Counted from the stretch's first letter, positions 24,805 through 34,864 are shown. The stretch: 64,000 bases of DNA from an uncultured Acidimicrobiales bacterium (GCA_963735395.1 CAVTKV010000015.1:2858-66857); one strand, 5' to 3'. Numbers and translations are program-made. Notes: generated from the letters alone by a model not told the origin.

Positions 24805-26925
24805 CGCTGCTCCTGGGGAGAGTCTGCAGGGGGAGGGTCGGCCGCCGCGCGAGCGGCGCGCTGGCTGTGCTGGAAGCGCGAGAGCATCGAGCGCACCTGC
24901 TCGCGGTCGGGCCGGGACGCCAGCCCGTGCGCGGGCGCGGCCGGCGGCGTGGCCACCGGCTGGGCCGCCGCCTCGCGCCGGAGGGACGGAGCGAGGTGCG
25001 ATCCGGGAACCCGGCGCACGAGCCCGTCGCCGACGGGAGGAAGGGTCGCGGCGGACATGCCGCCGTCGTGGCCGTCGGGCCCCGGCGGCGTCGTGGGCGG
25101 CTGGTCGGCGGTCGGGCCGGGGTCGACGCCTCGCAGGAGGGCCTCGGACTCCCACCACCAGGCGGCCGGCTCGGGCCGGGCCGGCGCCGCGGGCACGGGC
25201 ACGGGCATGGGCATGGGCATGGGCACGGGCACCGGCGCGGCCTCGGCCCATGGGGTGGCCGGCTGGGGCCGGGGTGGTCGGACCGACGCGACGGGCAGCT
25301 CGCGCCAGGCGGGCGGGCCTTCGGACGAGCGCGGCGGGCTCGACGTCGGGCAGGTGGGTGACCGCGCCGTCGGCGAGGGCGGTCAAGGTGCGCGACCCCC
25401 GGCTTCCGGCTGCGGCACCGCGCCTGGCCGCCGCCGCCGCCGCCCGCTGGTAGCGGTCGCTGCCGGCGACGACGCCGACAGGGACCGGCGCGCCTGCGGG
25501 GCGCTCGCGCACCAGGTCGTTGGGCAGGGTCACCATCGCGGTGACGCCCCCGCCCGGCGTCGGTGCCAGCCGCACGACCAGGCCGTAGCGCTGGGACAGG
25601 CGCGCGACCACGTGGAACCCCAGCATGGTCGACCGCCCGATGTCGACCTCGGGCGCCTCGGCCAGCAGGGCGTTGGCCGTGCGCAGGTCGTCCTCGGACA
25701 TGCCGATGCCGGCGTCCTCGATCGACACGACCGAGGCGATCGTCTCGCCGGCCGACAGGTGGCTCCGCACCCGTACCTCCGACGACGGGGGCGAGAACGT
25801 CGTGGCGTTCTCGATGAGCTCGGCCAGCAGGTGGGCGAGGTCCGCGACCGCCCGGCCCTCGACCTCGATGTGATCGTTGACCAGCACCTCGACCCGCCGG
25901 TAGTCCTCGACCTCGGCTGCCGCGGCGCGCACGACATCGCCGAGCGGCACCGGGTTGCCCCACCGCCGGGCCGGGTCGTCGCCTGACAGCACGAGGAGCG
26001 ACTCGGCGTTGCGGCGGATGCGGGTGGCGAGGTGGTCGAGGCGGAACAGCTCCTCGAGCACGTGGGGCTGCCGCTCGCGCAGCTCGAGGTCGGTGATGAC
26101 CTCGAGCTGGCGGTTCAGCAGCGACTGGTTGCGCCGGGCCAGGTTGACCAGCAGCTCGGACATCGCCTCGCGGCGGGCCGCGTCGGCGGACGCCAGGTCG
26201 GCGACGAGCTCGACGTTGCGCTGCTGCTCCTGCTCGGTGTGCTTCCAGAAGATGATCTCGCCGACGCAGGCCGCCAGGACGGCGGCGCCGTGCAGCCCGG
26301 CCCAGATCCACGGCCTGGTCTGGGCGGCGTCGTGGTTGTACATCAGCGAGGCGCCGATGACGCTGCCCAGGCCGTGCGACAGGACGGTGAAGACCACGTT
26401 CCAGAGGAACGGCACCCAGTCCTGGTAGAGGGCGATGAGCCCGATGAGGATGAAGAAGTGGAAGTGCGCCTCGATCGTGCCGCCCGACAGGTGGACGAGC
26501 ACGCTCGAGCAGAAGACCAGGCCGGCGGTGACGAAGAAGGCGGCCAGCCGCCGGTTGATCGACAGGCGGGCGCCCACGACGCACGCGACCGGGAAGACGA
26601 GCTCGAGCGCGACGTGGGCGGCCCCGTAGCCCCGCCACACGCCGAGCGCGTACAGCGCGGGCACGTGCAGGGCCAGCACCCAGCACAGGAAGAGGTGGCG
26701 CCGCTCGAAGGTCTCCTTGTCGAGGTTGTTGCCGCGCGGCAGGTAGGTGCGCACCGTCCTCGCCGCGGCGGCGAACACGCCCTTGCCTTCGGTCCTGCCA
26801 TCGGGCGCGGTGGCGCGGGGTTCGCTCGCCGCCGCGTGCCGGGGCACGTGCGACCGCCGGCGTCCCTCGCTGCGCTTCCCTCCGAGCGCGGCCTCGTCCG
26901 TCGAGTTCGACACCAGAGTCCCCAT
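24801..26925 (-). pseudogene. cvnA: Conservon sensor-kinase-like protein (CvnA-type) with a six-helix membrane domain; frame change between 25233 and 25382
   Basis: The frame of ORF 24382..27015 gives MGTLVSN.. (ATG 26925), TM helices, LLVNLARRNQSLLNRQL, LDHLATRIRRNAESLLVL and the HATPase region (LIENATTF, IEDAGIGM). The conserved tail REQVRSMLSRFQHSQRAARAA is in the frame of ORF 24801..25232, which is open only below 25382. Its TGA overlaps the cvnB GTG. Confidence 0.75.
25191..25232. repeat. (GGGCAY)x7 hexanucleotide tract
   Basis: GGGCAC GGGCAC GGGCAT GGGCAT GGGCAT GGGCAC GGGCAC, encoding the PVPVPMPMPMPVPVP linker in cvnA. Confidence 0.8.
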
Positions 26926-27072
26926 TGGACTCAGAGTGATAGCCGTTGTGAGGCGGCCGCGCCACTGTTCGCGGGGTGTATTCGGCCCGGGAACAGCGCT
27001 TCGTGGTGGTAGCACTACCGTTCGGGAGATTGATGCGACCGTGCGTGGTCATCGGCGGCTCGCCGGGTCGTG

Positions 27073-27930
27073 TCAGGGCTTGCGGCCGACCGCGCAGAAG
27101 AGGGGGGTGACGCGGCCGCTCGGCGCGGCGGCGGAGGCGTCGTCGGGGCGCCACGCGGCGGGGGCGACGACGCCGGGCTCGACGAACTCGAGGCCGTCGA
27201 AGAACCGGGTGACCTCGGCCCGGGTGCGCAGGGCGGGCGGGTTGGTCGTGTGCATGCTCTCGTCGAGGCGCGAGGTGACGACGGCCATGTCGGCGCCGTC
27301 GGCTTCGATGTCCCTGGTCATGTGCGACAGCGCCAGGTAGCTGCCGGACGGCACGGCGTCGATGAGCGCCGCGACGCTCTCGTAGGGGCGGTCCGTGTCG
27401 GGGATCACGTGCAGGACGCCCACGACCACGACGGCGACCGGCCGGCTGAGGTCGAGCGTGGTCGCCGCCTGCTCCAGGATGGCACCGGGCTCGCGCAGGT
27501 CGCCGTTGACGTAGGCGGTGGCACCGGCGGACGTGCTCTGCAGCAGGGCGTGGGCGTGGGCCAGCACGATCGGGTCGTTGTCGACGTAGACGATGCGCGT
27601 CTCGGGGGCGACCTGCTGGGCGATGGCGTGCGTGTTGTCGGCGTTGGGGATGCCGGTGCCGATGTCGAGGAACTGGTGGATGCCGGCCTCGCCCGCCAGG
27701 AAGCGCACGGCCCGGCCCAGGAACGCCCGGTTGGCGCGGGCGTCGGTGCGGGCGCCGTCGATGCCGCCCGGATAGGCGGCGAACGCGTGGTCGGCCACCT
27801 CGCGGTCGACGGTGAAGTAGTGGGTGCCGCCCAGCAGGTAGTCGTAGATGCGGGAGGTGTGCGCGACGGAGCTGTTGATCGTCACCAGGTCGCGGTCCGA
27901 ACCGGCGGGCGAGATCGTGCGGTCTGTCAC
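27073..27930 (-). CDS. SAM-dependent methyltransferase (Methyltransf_19/DUF574-type)
   Basis: Part of ORF 27073..28023. GTG 27930 follows GGGAAAGG. Contains SRIYDYLLGGTHYFTVDREVA and FLDIGTGIP. Confidence 0.8.
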   Translation of the reverse strand: MTDRTISPAGSDRDLVTINSSVAHTSRIYDYLLGGTHYFTVDREVADHAFAAYPGGIDGARTDARANRAFLGRAVRFLAGEAGIHQFLDIGTGIPNADNTHAIAQQVAPETRIVYVDNDPIVLAHAHALLQSTSAGATAYVNGDLREPGAILEQAATTLDLSRPVAVVVVGVLHVIPDTDRPYESVAALIDAVPSGSYLALSHMTRDIEADGADMAVVTSRLDESMHTTNPPALRTRAEVTRFFDGLEFVEPGVVAPAAWRPDDASAAAPSGRVTPLFCAVGRKP

Positions 27931-28199
27931 GGTGTGCCTTTCCCTAGGACGCCAGCGCCGGCCCCAGGTGCCGGTGGCGGAGTAGTCGCAGGCTGCCGGC
28001 CGATCGTCGTCGACCCGCCCCAATCATCATCCGCACGCATCGTGTCGGCAAGGCGACATCAGCGTCGGCCGCGCTGCGCTGTGGCGCCACAGCAGAGGCT
28101 GCCGGGTCTGTCATGCTTTCCCGCGGTTGTAAGCCCAACCGTGCGGAACGTGCCGGTCGGATCCGCCATCATGGACGGTGCCGACGAGGGAGGAACGAC

Positions 28200-28853
28200 A
28201 TGGGGACCTGTGAGCGAATGATGCGGGTCGACGCACCCGGCGATGTCGTGTGGGACTGGATGTCCGAGCCCCGCAACCTCTTCAGCGTCAACATGCTCCA
28301 CGCCGAGGTCGACACCGACGAGACCGAGCTGCGCGCCGGGGCCGTCATCACGATCGACCACGACTTCTTCGGCTTCTACCAGCAGCGGCGCCAGGCCAAG
28401 ATCCGCGAGGTCCGCCCGCACTTCGTGGCGTTCGGGGAGTACAAGGCGCCCGAGGTCCCTGGGCGCGACCCCTTCCCGCACAACCAGTCGTTCCAGGTCG
28501 TGCCGGTGGACGAGGCGTCGTGCATCGTGGTCAACCGCATCTCGGGCCGCTACGTGTTCCCCGGGTCGGGCCTGCTGGGCGAGCGCCTGTTCCGCCGCTA
28601 CATGCCTGCGCTCCTCGACGACGACAACCAGGTCGTCGCCGTGGGCTGCGGAGCGATGGAGCCCACCAAGGTGCGGCGGCCCCCCGGACTACTGCTCTGG
28701 CCGCTGATGGCGTTCGGCGCCCGCTTCGTGAAGAAGTCGACCCGCCGGCAGCTGCTCGAGCAGATGACGTCCGACCGCGCCATGGCCCGTCCCTCGTCCC
28801 CGGCGACGCAGGGTGCGGCCGACGACGCCGAGGGCGCCGTCACCGGGGCCTGA
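28200..28853 (+). CDS. SRPBCC-superfamily protein
   Basis: Part of ORF 28113..28853. ATG 28200 follows GAGGGAGG. Contains MRVDAPGDVVWDWMSEPRNLFSVN. Confidence 0.6.
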   Translation: MGTCERMMRVDAPGDVVWDWMSEPRNLFSVNMLHAEVDTDETELRAGAVITIDHDFFGFYQQRRQAKIREVRPHFVAFGEYKAPEVPGRDPFPHNQSFQVVPVDEASCIVVNRISGRYVFPGSGLLGERLFRRYMPALLDDDNQVVAVGCGAMEPTKVRRPPGLLLWPLMAFGARFVKKSTRRQLLEQMTSDRAMARPSSPATQGAADDAEGAVTGA

Positions 28854-28872
28854 CCTCGGGCAGTGACAGGCC

Positions 28873-28890
28873 GCTGACACCGCGGTCAGC
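28873..28890 (+). terminator. Short hairpin after the SRPBCC gene
   Basis: GCTGAC-ACCGCG-GTCAGC. Confidence 0.25.
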
Positions 28891-29092
28891 GAGCCGCAGC
28901 CCGCGACGTCAGCACACATCGCCACCGTCCGTTCACCGAGCGCACCTCCTCGAGGCCCACGGCGAACACACGATCGGCACATGTCCTGACCTGGGGTGTT
29001 TCCCGCGACACGTTGTGCGCGGCGTGTAACTCGATCATCGACGTACGAGATGATCTAATGTTCGGGAAGGGCAGGGGTCCGAAAGGGCGCAG

Positions 29093-29947
29093 ATGATCAG
29101 TCCATACGTACGTCGCTTGCGATTGGCCGCCGAGCTGCGAGCACTGCGGACGCACGCCGGGGTCACCCACGTGCAGTTGGCCAAGCAGATCGGTCAGAGC
29201 CGCGCGCAGATCTCACGGCTCGAGAACGGCCACGTCGTCGACCAGGACGACGTGATGAAGATCCTGGACGCGCTCGGGGTCGACGACGAGCGCTGGACGC
29301 AGATCATGACCATCGCCCGCGAGGCGGGCGAGCGCGGCTGGTGGGAGTCGAACCGGTTCATGGGCGAGCGCCAGGCGCTCTACGCCAACCTCGAGGCCGG
29401 TGCCCAGACCATCCGCGAGTTCCAGATGACGTTCATCCCGGGGTTGCTGCAGACGGCGGACTTCACGCGTGCGCGGGGCGAGGCCGACCGCGTGGCCGGG
29501 GCGCCAACGTTCAACGCGGACAAGGCGGCCGACGGCCGGATCGGCCGCCAGCGCATGCTGCGCCGCCCGGGCGGCCCCGCGTACGAGGTCATCATCGACG
29601 AGCTCGCCATCCGCCGGTCGTCCGCACCGCCCGAGGTGATCAAGGCGCAGCTCTACCACATCACGGCCACGGTCAACGGCAACCCGAAGATCACCGCCCG
29701 GGTGCTGCCGGTCCGCGTGACGATCGACGGGTACAGCGTGCCGCGCTCCGCGTTCTCGATCTATACGTTCCACGACCCGGGCGATCCCACGATCGTGGCC
29801 GTCGACACGGTGACCAACGACCTGGTGCTCACCGAGAGCGACGAGGTGAAGCGGTACGAGGAGCTCTACGACCGGCTGCGCATCGCGTCGCTGTCGATGC
29901 ACGAGAGCCTCGATCTCCTCATCGACGCCGCCAAGTCGGCGCACTAG
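29093..29947 (+). CDS. XRE-family HTH regulator with a DUF5753-like C-domain (WhiJ/Scr1-like)
   Basis: 284-aa ORF with LRLAAELRALRTHAGVTHVQLAKQIGQSRAQISRLENG, then FIPGLLQTADF and PRSAFSIYTF. Confidence 0.85.
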   Translation: MISPYVRRLRLAAELRALRTHAGVTHVQLAKQIGQSRAQISRLENGHVVDQDDVMKILDALGVDDERWTQIMTIAREAGERGWWESNRFMGERQALYANLEAGAQTIREFQMTFIPGLLQTADFTRARGEADRVAGAPTFNADKAADGRIGRQRMLRRPGGPAYEVIIDELAIRRSSAPPEVIKAQLYHITATVNGNPKITARVLPVRVTIDGYSVPRSAFSIYTFHDPGDPTIVAVDTVTNDLVLTESDEVKRYEELYDRLRIASLSMHESLDLLIDAAKSAH

Positions 29948-30265
29948 AGGCGCCGGCCGGGCAGCCCGCGCCCGCGGCCGCTCGAGCCGAACGGGTCTCC
30001 GTCGTCGGTGGCGGACGCTCGGGCGCGCCCCATGGGCAACGTCCTCTGCGCCATGGTCCACACTCTGCGTGAGATGTCGCGGAAAACCTTCAAACGCCTC
30101 GATCGTCGTTCTCCCTGCTCAGTGCACCTGAGCGATGCCCTGGCGCGAAAAGGTCGTGGCGGTGCGTGGTCAGGACACGGCTATTGGGAGTACGTTTGCG
30201 ATATGTGGGCTGTGCGGCACGTCGTGCTGCCCGCGCCAGGGGCACATCCAGAAGGGACTCACATC

Positions 30266-30475
30266 ATGAGGCGACAGCGCACGTTCACCGGTTGGCGGAA
30301 GTCCACCCTGTCCAGCGGGGGAGACAACTGCGTCGAGATCGGCTTCGCCGATGACGGCACGATCGGTGTCCGCGACACGAAGCAACACGGCGAAGGACCC
30401 ATCCTGGAGTTCTTCCCCGCAGAGTGGGAAGCGTTCCTCGGCGGCGTTCGCCGGGGTGAATTCGACCAGATCTAG
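30266..30475 (+). CDS. DUF397-domain small protein
   Basis: In frame within ORF 30008..30475. ATG 30266 follows GAAGGGA. Contains WRKSTLSSGGDNCVEIGFADDGTIGVRDTK..FFPAEWEAFLGGVRRGEFD. Confidence 0.85.
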   Translation: MRRQRTFTGWRKSTLSSGGDNCVEIGFADDGTIGVRDTKQHGEGPILEFFPAEWEAFLGGVRRGEFDQI

Positions 30476-30684
30476 TCCCCTGAGCTGGGGAAACGGTGTA
30501 CTACGGCGATGTCCGGGCGGTTAGGCGCGCCCGCCCGGGCTCGCCGTACGTCGCGTCAGGAAGTCCTTGCGCTGCGTGCCGTACCGACAGATACTGGGGA
30601 CGAATCGGCAACCTGGACAGTACGGGTGCACGGGCGGACCATCTCGACGATCTGTAGGTCACCACGGCGAAAAGGATGAGGGCA

Positions 30685-31116
30685 ATGGCCACCACGACCG
30701 GTGCCGTACCTCTGGCACGCACGGAGCCACCGCAAGCGAAAGCCACGGGCTCGCCCGGACGTGCCCGTCGCCGCCTACTCTCCGTGGTGGACCAGGTCGC
30801 CGCCTATGCCTGGGGACGTCGCCCTCTGCCCGTCCCGCCCCCGTCGCCAGACGCCGCCCCGGCCGGCGAGCGACGGCTCACCCAGCTCGAGCGCATCGCC
30901 GGCCCCGTGGGGCCCGTCGCACCCGCGGCGCCGTTGCGTCCCGCCCCGGTCGACAAGCACTCGACCCTGGCCCACTACCAGGCCATGGCCGAGCAGCTGG
31001 CCTACGAGCGACGGCTCGCCGCCGTCAACGCGCGGCGACCCACGACGCTCGTGGGTCGCGAGGTGTGGTTCACCCATCCCGGGCGACGCGCCCAGGGAGC
31101 CCGCCCCCATGGCTGA
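30685..31116 (+). CDS. Hypothetical Pro/Ala-rich protein
   Basis: ORF 30676..31116. I prefer ATG 30685, 8 nt after AAAGGA. Third-position GC is high throughout. No family recognised. Confidence 0.5.
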   Translation: MATTTGAVPLARTEPPQAKATGSPGRARRRLLSVVDQVAAYAWGRRPLPVPPPSPDAAPAGERRLTQLERIAGPVGPVAPAAPLRPAPVDKHSTLAHYQAMAEQLAYERRLAAVNARRPTTLVGREVWFTHPGRRAQGARPHG

Positions 31117-31403
31117 TCTCCTGACCCGGGCGTGGCGCAGGGTTCGCCGCCCGGCGCTGGGGCGGGGCAGCACCGTCGCCGCGGTGGCGGGCCGCGACGA
31201 CGGGAACGCTGCCGGCGGCGCGGCGGCGCCCCGGCCGCGACCACAGGACGCGCAACTGCGGTGCGTCGGGGTGGCAGATGCGATCCGGGTGCGGCGACGG
31301 CGACGGCGGCACCATCTGCCCGCTGTGCAGCCAGCGGGTACGCACCGAGCCCGACGCCGTGGCCCACCGCGGCGTCGAGGTGATCCAGGCTCACTGCGCC
31401 TGA
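31110..31403 (+). other. Possible small Cys-rich protein read in two frames (tentative frame change near 31228-31240)
   Basis: ATG 31110 overlaps the upstream stop (ATGGCTGA), and MADLLTRAWRRVRRPALGRGSTVAAVAG has good codon bias. From about 31240 the bias moves to another frame, which ends CGASGWQMRSGCGDGDGGTICPLCSQRVRTEPDAVAHRGVEVIQAHCA with its stop at 31401-31403. Confidence 0.3.
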
Positions 31404-31437
31404 CCGGTCGGGCGGCAGCCGTGCTCTCGGGCGGCGA

Positions 31438-32466
31438 TCAGGTCAGGTAGCGCCCGAGCTGGGGAAACACTTTGGCGACCTTGGCCGTGAGGTAGTCGCC
31501 GTACCTGCCGTCCCACCCACGCGGGCTCGTGCCGTCCCAGCGGGCGGCGCCGTCATCGGCCGGGGGCGCACCGGCCAGCGGCATGGGCGGGCAGACCGCC
31601 TCCCAGGACGGATCGATGAAGCAGGGGAACGAGAGCCGCTCGGCGCCGCTGGTGTTGCGCACCCGGTGCGGGGTCGACCGGTACCTGCCCTCGGTCATGC
31701 GCTCGAGCATGTCGCCCAGGTTGACCACGAGGACGCCCGGGTCGGCCGGCACCTCGATCCACCCGTCGGGGCCGCGCACCTCCAGTCCGCCGTGGCGGTC
31801 CTGGGCCAGGATCGTGACCAGCCCGTAGTCGGTGTGCTCGGCCACGCCCCACCCGTCGTCGTGGCCGGCGGGGTAGCAGAAGATGCGGAAGAGCACGGTC
31901 GGATCCGCCGTGACCGTGGCCGCGAACCAGCGGGCGTCGAGCCCCAGGCCCACGGCCATGGCCCGCAGGAGCCCGGCGCCCAGCTCGGTCATGGCCGCCA
32001 TCCAGCCGAGCACGGCCGGACGCAGGTCGGGCGGGTCGGCGGGGAAGAGGTTGGGGCCGTGCAGCGGGCGCCCCGCCACGACCACAGGGTCGTCGGGCGG
32101 CAGCTCGGCGCCGAAGTAGATGCCCTCCTTGTGGTCGGGCCGGCCCGAGGTCAGCTCGCCGTCGAGGGGGAACCAGCCGCGCCACGCCGCCCCGCCGGTG
32201 GCCATGGCGATGCGTGCCTTCACGTCGTCGGGCAGCGCGAAGAAGGCACGGGCGAGGCGGTCGAGCTCGGCGAGCCGCTCGGGGGCGATGCCGTGGCCGG
32301 TGACCCGGAAGAAGCCGAACTGGCGGCAGGCCCGGTCGATCTGACGCGCCACGGCGGCGAGGAGACCGGAGGCGGAACCGCTCGCGGCGGCGCCGCCCGT
32401 CTCGGGACCGGGCCCCCGGAGGGGGCTGATGTCGACGAGCGGCAGGTCGGTCGCCACGGCCCGCAC
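31438..32466 (-). CDS. 2-oxoglutarate/Fe(II)-dependent oxygenase (isopenicillin N synthase-like family)
   Basis: 342-aa ORF with [11 protein letters not shown], the HxD..H triad ([20 protein letters not shown]) and [10 protein letters not shown]. Confidence 0.85.
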   Translation of the reverse strand: MRAVATDLPLVDISPLRGPGPETGGAAASGSASGLLAAVARQIDRACRQFGFFRVTGHGIAPERLAELDRLARAFFALPDDVKARIAMATGGAAWRGWFPLDGELTSGRPDHKEGIYFGAELPPDDPVVVAGRPLHGPNLFPADPPDLRPAVLGWMAAMTELGAGLLRAMAVGLGLDARWFAATVTADPTVLFRIFCYPAGHDDGWGVAEHTDYGLVTILAQDRHGGLEVRGPDGWIEVPADPGVLVVNLGDMLERMTEGRYRSTPHRVRNTSGAERLSFPCFIDPSWEAVCPPMPLAGAPPADDGAARWDGTSPRGWDGRYGDYLTAKVAKVFPQLGRYLT

Positions 32467-32689
32467 GATACGAGGCCGGCGCCACCAAGAGGACGACTGT
32501 TCGACACGCTTTCGTCATATTTTGGGTGGCCGTCGGCGGGACGGCGCCGATGCCACGGAACGTGACGCGAGGGGGTCGCTACCAGCGGCAACGCCGCCAC
32601 GCGGTGTCGGCCTTATGCCCCCTACCTGCGGGCTTTCCGACGCTTGACGTGACATAGGTCATTGTGGAATCACGAAGAGTGATGTCTAG

Positions 32690-33000
32690 TCTGCCTCCGA
32701 CCTGACGAGTACCCGCCGGGGTGGCTCGCTGCATGACAGCGATGGAGCCACCGGTGGAAGCGCCACTGGGGCAGCTGGGATCACGTGAGTCCGGGCGGGA
32801 GCCCGTCAGGTCACTGCGAGCACCGCATCAAACGCACCGCACCGAACGCAAGACCAGGTGCCGCGGGCCCGCAGCCTGTCAACGCTGAGGGAGCTACGTC
32901 ATCGAAGTGCTGGGGCCTCTTGCTGGGGGTTCCTCGAACAACGAGAAGCAGTAGCCGCATAGGCCACTGCGTCGCGACCTAGTCGACCGGCACGGTCGAG
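32690..33000 (+). other. Hairpin-rich non-coding segment, candidate 5-prime leader or ncRNA (identity unknown)
   Basis: Lies within an 840-bp gap that has no credible ORF on either strand. Stems: GGTGGCTC/GAGCCACC (32720-32752, with nested GCTG/CAGC), CGGGC-GGGA-GCCCG (32792-32805), TCGACCG-GCA-CGGTCGA (32983-32999). Confidence 0.3.
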
Positions 33001-33307
33001 CGCGTCCACTGCCACGGCCCCTGGGGTCGTCGCCGGCGCGCCCCGCCGCGCCTCCACAGCCGCGCCAGGCGACTCGGAGAGGAGAGCGCGTGATCACACA
33101 GACACCCACATACCGGCCGCACCACGGCCACCCCGGGCATCTGCTGACCCACCGTTCCCCTTCCCGAGCGTCCCTACACGCAACCCAAGCCGCCTCCCCG
33201 CCTGCTGGGGCCACGGGCGTGCGCACGGGCACGTGGCGCTGTTCGCAGCCGGTCACCGCTCGGGTCACGCCCCCTGTCGCGGGCCGGTGGGTGGCGCCAC
33301 CCACACC

Positions 33308-34630
33308 ATGTCGAACACCACTCATCCCCGCCGGCCCGCGCGCCGGTACCTCCCCGTCCTGGCGATGGCGCTCGCCGTCGCCGTCGCCGTCATCGGCGGA
33401 CTGATCCCCGGATCACCCTTCGGCGGGCCCGAGCCCGCCGACGCCCAGGCCGTGCCCGCCGGCACGCCCGGCGTGACCCGGTACTTCGGCAAGGGTGCCT
33501 ACGAGGGCATCCGGGCCGCCGTTGCGGCCACGCCGCGGTCGTGCGCCATCTCCGACGACGAGCTCACCGCCCTGGTCATGGCCCCGATCTTCAAAGAGGT
33601 GTCGATGGCCGAGACGCCCGAGACGGCGCCGTCGCCCATGACGTTGTCGCGGTGGGACGAGTGGAGCGGCCGGGCGTCGGGATCGAACAACCTGAACGCC
33701 AACTTCGGGCTCTACGCCTTCCGCGACCCCAACGGCACCCCGTACCGGCGGGCGTACTGGACGCCAGGCGTCGGCATCTTCCAGTACGACGTGGCCGGGG
33801 TCGGTGCGCCGTTCACCGCGGCCGAGATGATGAACGTGCAGTACATCGCGGGCGACGTGGCCGGGGGCATGGCCAGCCGCTACTGCGCGGCCGGCGGTGA
33901 CGCCTTCACCAACCGGTCCGCGGCCTGGCAGCCGTGGCAGGCCCTCGGCGGCATCGCCAAGAGCGAGGCGCTGTTCCAGGAGATGGTCGGCGCCGGGCAC
34001 CCGCCGTTCTCGACCATCGGGCTGGTCGAGGGCATCGACAACGCCGGCGGCATGCAGACCCACACATGCCTGCTGGGCTGGACCCCGACCGAGTGCTACT
34101 TCGTCGATCCGGCGGCCGCGCAGGGCGCCAACTGGTGGGCGACCAGCAACCTCGACGGCGGCGCCGTCGCCTCGGGCGAGGCCCCGCTCACCGCCCCCTT
34201 CTACGTCGTCAAGCGCAACGGCTATGAGGAGCGTCACTGGATGGCCCAGGACACGGGCTACACCTCCCACGTCTCGGCCCGGCGACTGATCGGCCAGAAC
34301 GCCCGGCCCATGGACGGCCAGCCCCAGTCCGGGCTCGAGTGGTACGCCGCGTCCGACCTGTGCGACACCGACCGGCCCGAGATGCGGTGCCCGCTGCCCA
34401 CCGCTCCGGCGGCACCCGCCCCGGCGCCCGCGGAGCCCGAGGCGCCCGCCGAGCCCGAGGCCGCCGCCGACGAGGAGACGACCGCGTTGTGGTCCGCCCT
34501 CGCCGGTCTCCGGGCCCCGGATGCCGTCGGCGCCGCCGATGCGGACGCCGGGTCGACCCCAGAGCCTCCGGCCATCTCGACGTTCAGCTTCGCCAAGGGC
34601 CTCGCCCTGGTTCCTCCGGCGCCGCAGTAG
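33308..34630 (+). CDS. Secreted protein of unknown function (signal peptide, Pro/Ala/Glu-rich tail)
   Basis: In frame within ORF 33233..34630. ATG 33308 gives MSNTTHPRRPARRYLPVLAMALAVAVAVIGG. Cys-containing globular domain (GVGIFQYDVAGVG, CLLGWTPTECYF). Confidence 0.7.
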   Translation: MSNTTHPRRPARRYLPVLAMALAVAVAVIGGLIPGSPFGGPEPADAQAVPAGTPGVTRYFGKGAYEGIRAAVAATPRSCAISDDELTALVMAPIFKEVSMAETPETAPSPMTLSRWDEWSGRASGSNNLNANFGLYAFRDPNGTPYRRAYWTPGVGIFQYDVAGVGAPFTAAEMMNVQYIAGDVAGGMASRYCAAGGDAFTNRSAAWQPWQALGGIAKSEALFQEMVGAGHPPFSTIGLVEGIDNAGGMQTHTCLLGWTPTECYFVDPAAAQGANWWATSNLDGGAVASGEAPLTAPFYVVKRNGYEERHWMAQDTGYTSHVSARRLIGQNARPMDGQPQSGLEWYAASDLCDTDRPEMRCPLPTAPAAPAPAPAEPEAPAEPEAAADEETTALWSALAGLRAPDAVGAADADAGSTPEPPAISTFSFAKGLALVPPAPQ

Positions 34631-34864
34631 GGCCGGCGACCGGAGGCCGACCCGCCCACCCCGCCGTCCGTTCCATCCGTGACGGTGGGGTGGGCGTGGA
34701 TCGGCGCCTCGCTCGCGATGCCGGCCCGCCTGCTCCCACGTCGTCGTGGCACGGCGATGCGTGATCTGGCCGCGCTTCCGACGGCTCGACTACACAGTGT
34801 CAAGCGTCACACGGTCCGCGAGGGTCGAGCGACCCACCACCGTCGTTCCCGGGGGGGAGCACCA

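Noticed and set aside
24382-27015. 877-aa ORF suggesting a CvnA-CvnB fusion protein
   Set aside because: Between about 25380 and 24805 this frame is Arg-rich junk. The conserved CvnA tail is in another frame whose stop overlaps an SD-preceded GTG for cvnB, so these are two genes plus a frame change, not a fusion.
28886-29170. 94-aa minus-strand ORF upstream of the XRE gene
   Set aside because: It spans the promoter, SD and start of the XRE gene in antisense. Composition is poor.
30501-30746. 81-aa minus-strand ORF with a TM-like stretch
   Set aside because: It overlaps the SD and start of the better-supported plus-strand gene, has weak third-position GC, and lies mostly in a lower-GC intergenic region.
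32690-33000. tmRNA, RNase P RNA, cobalamin, TPP or glycine riboswitch identity for the structured region
   Set aside because: I could not find the invariant elements I remember: the tRNA-like GGTTCGA..CCA end for tmRNA, GAGGAAAGTCCGG for RNase P, the GGGAA..GGTG..AATCC core and B12 box, or the CUGAGA..ACCUGAUC TPP core. Isolated GCCACTG and AGTCCGG strings are not enough.
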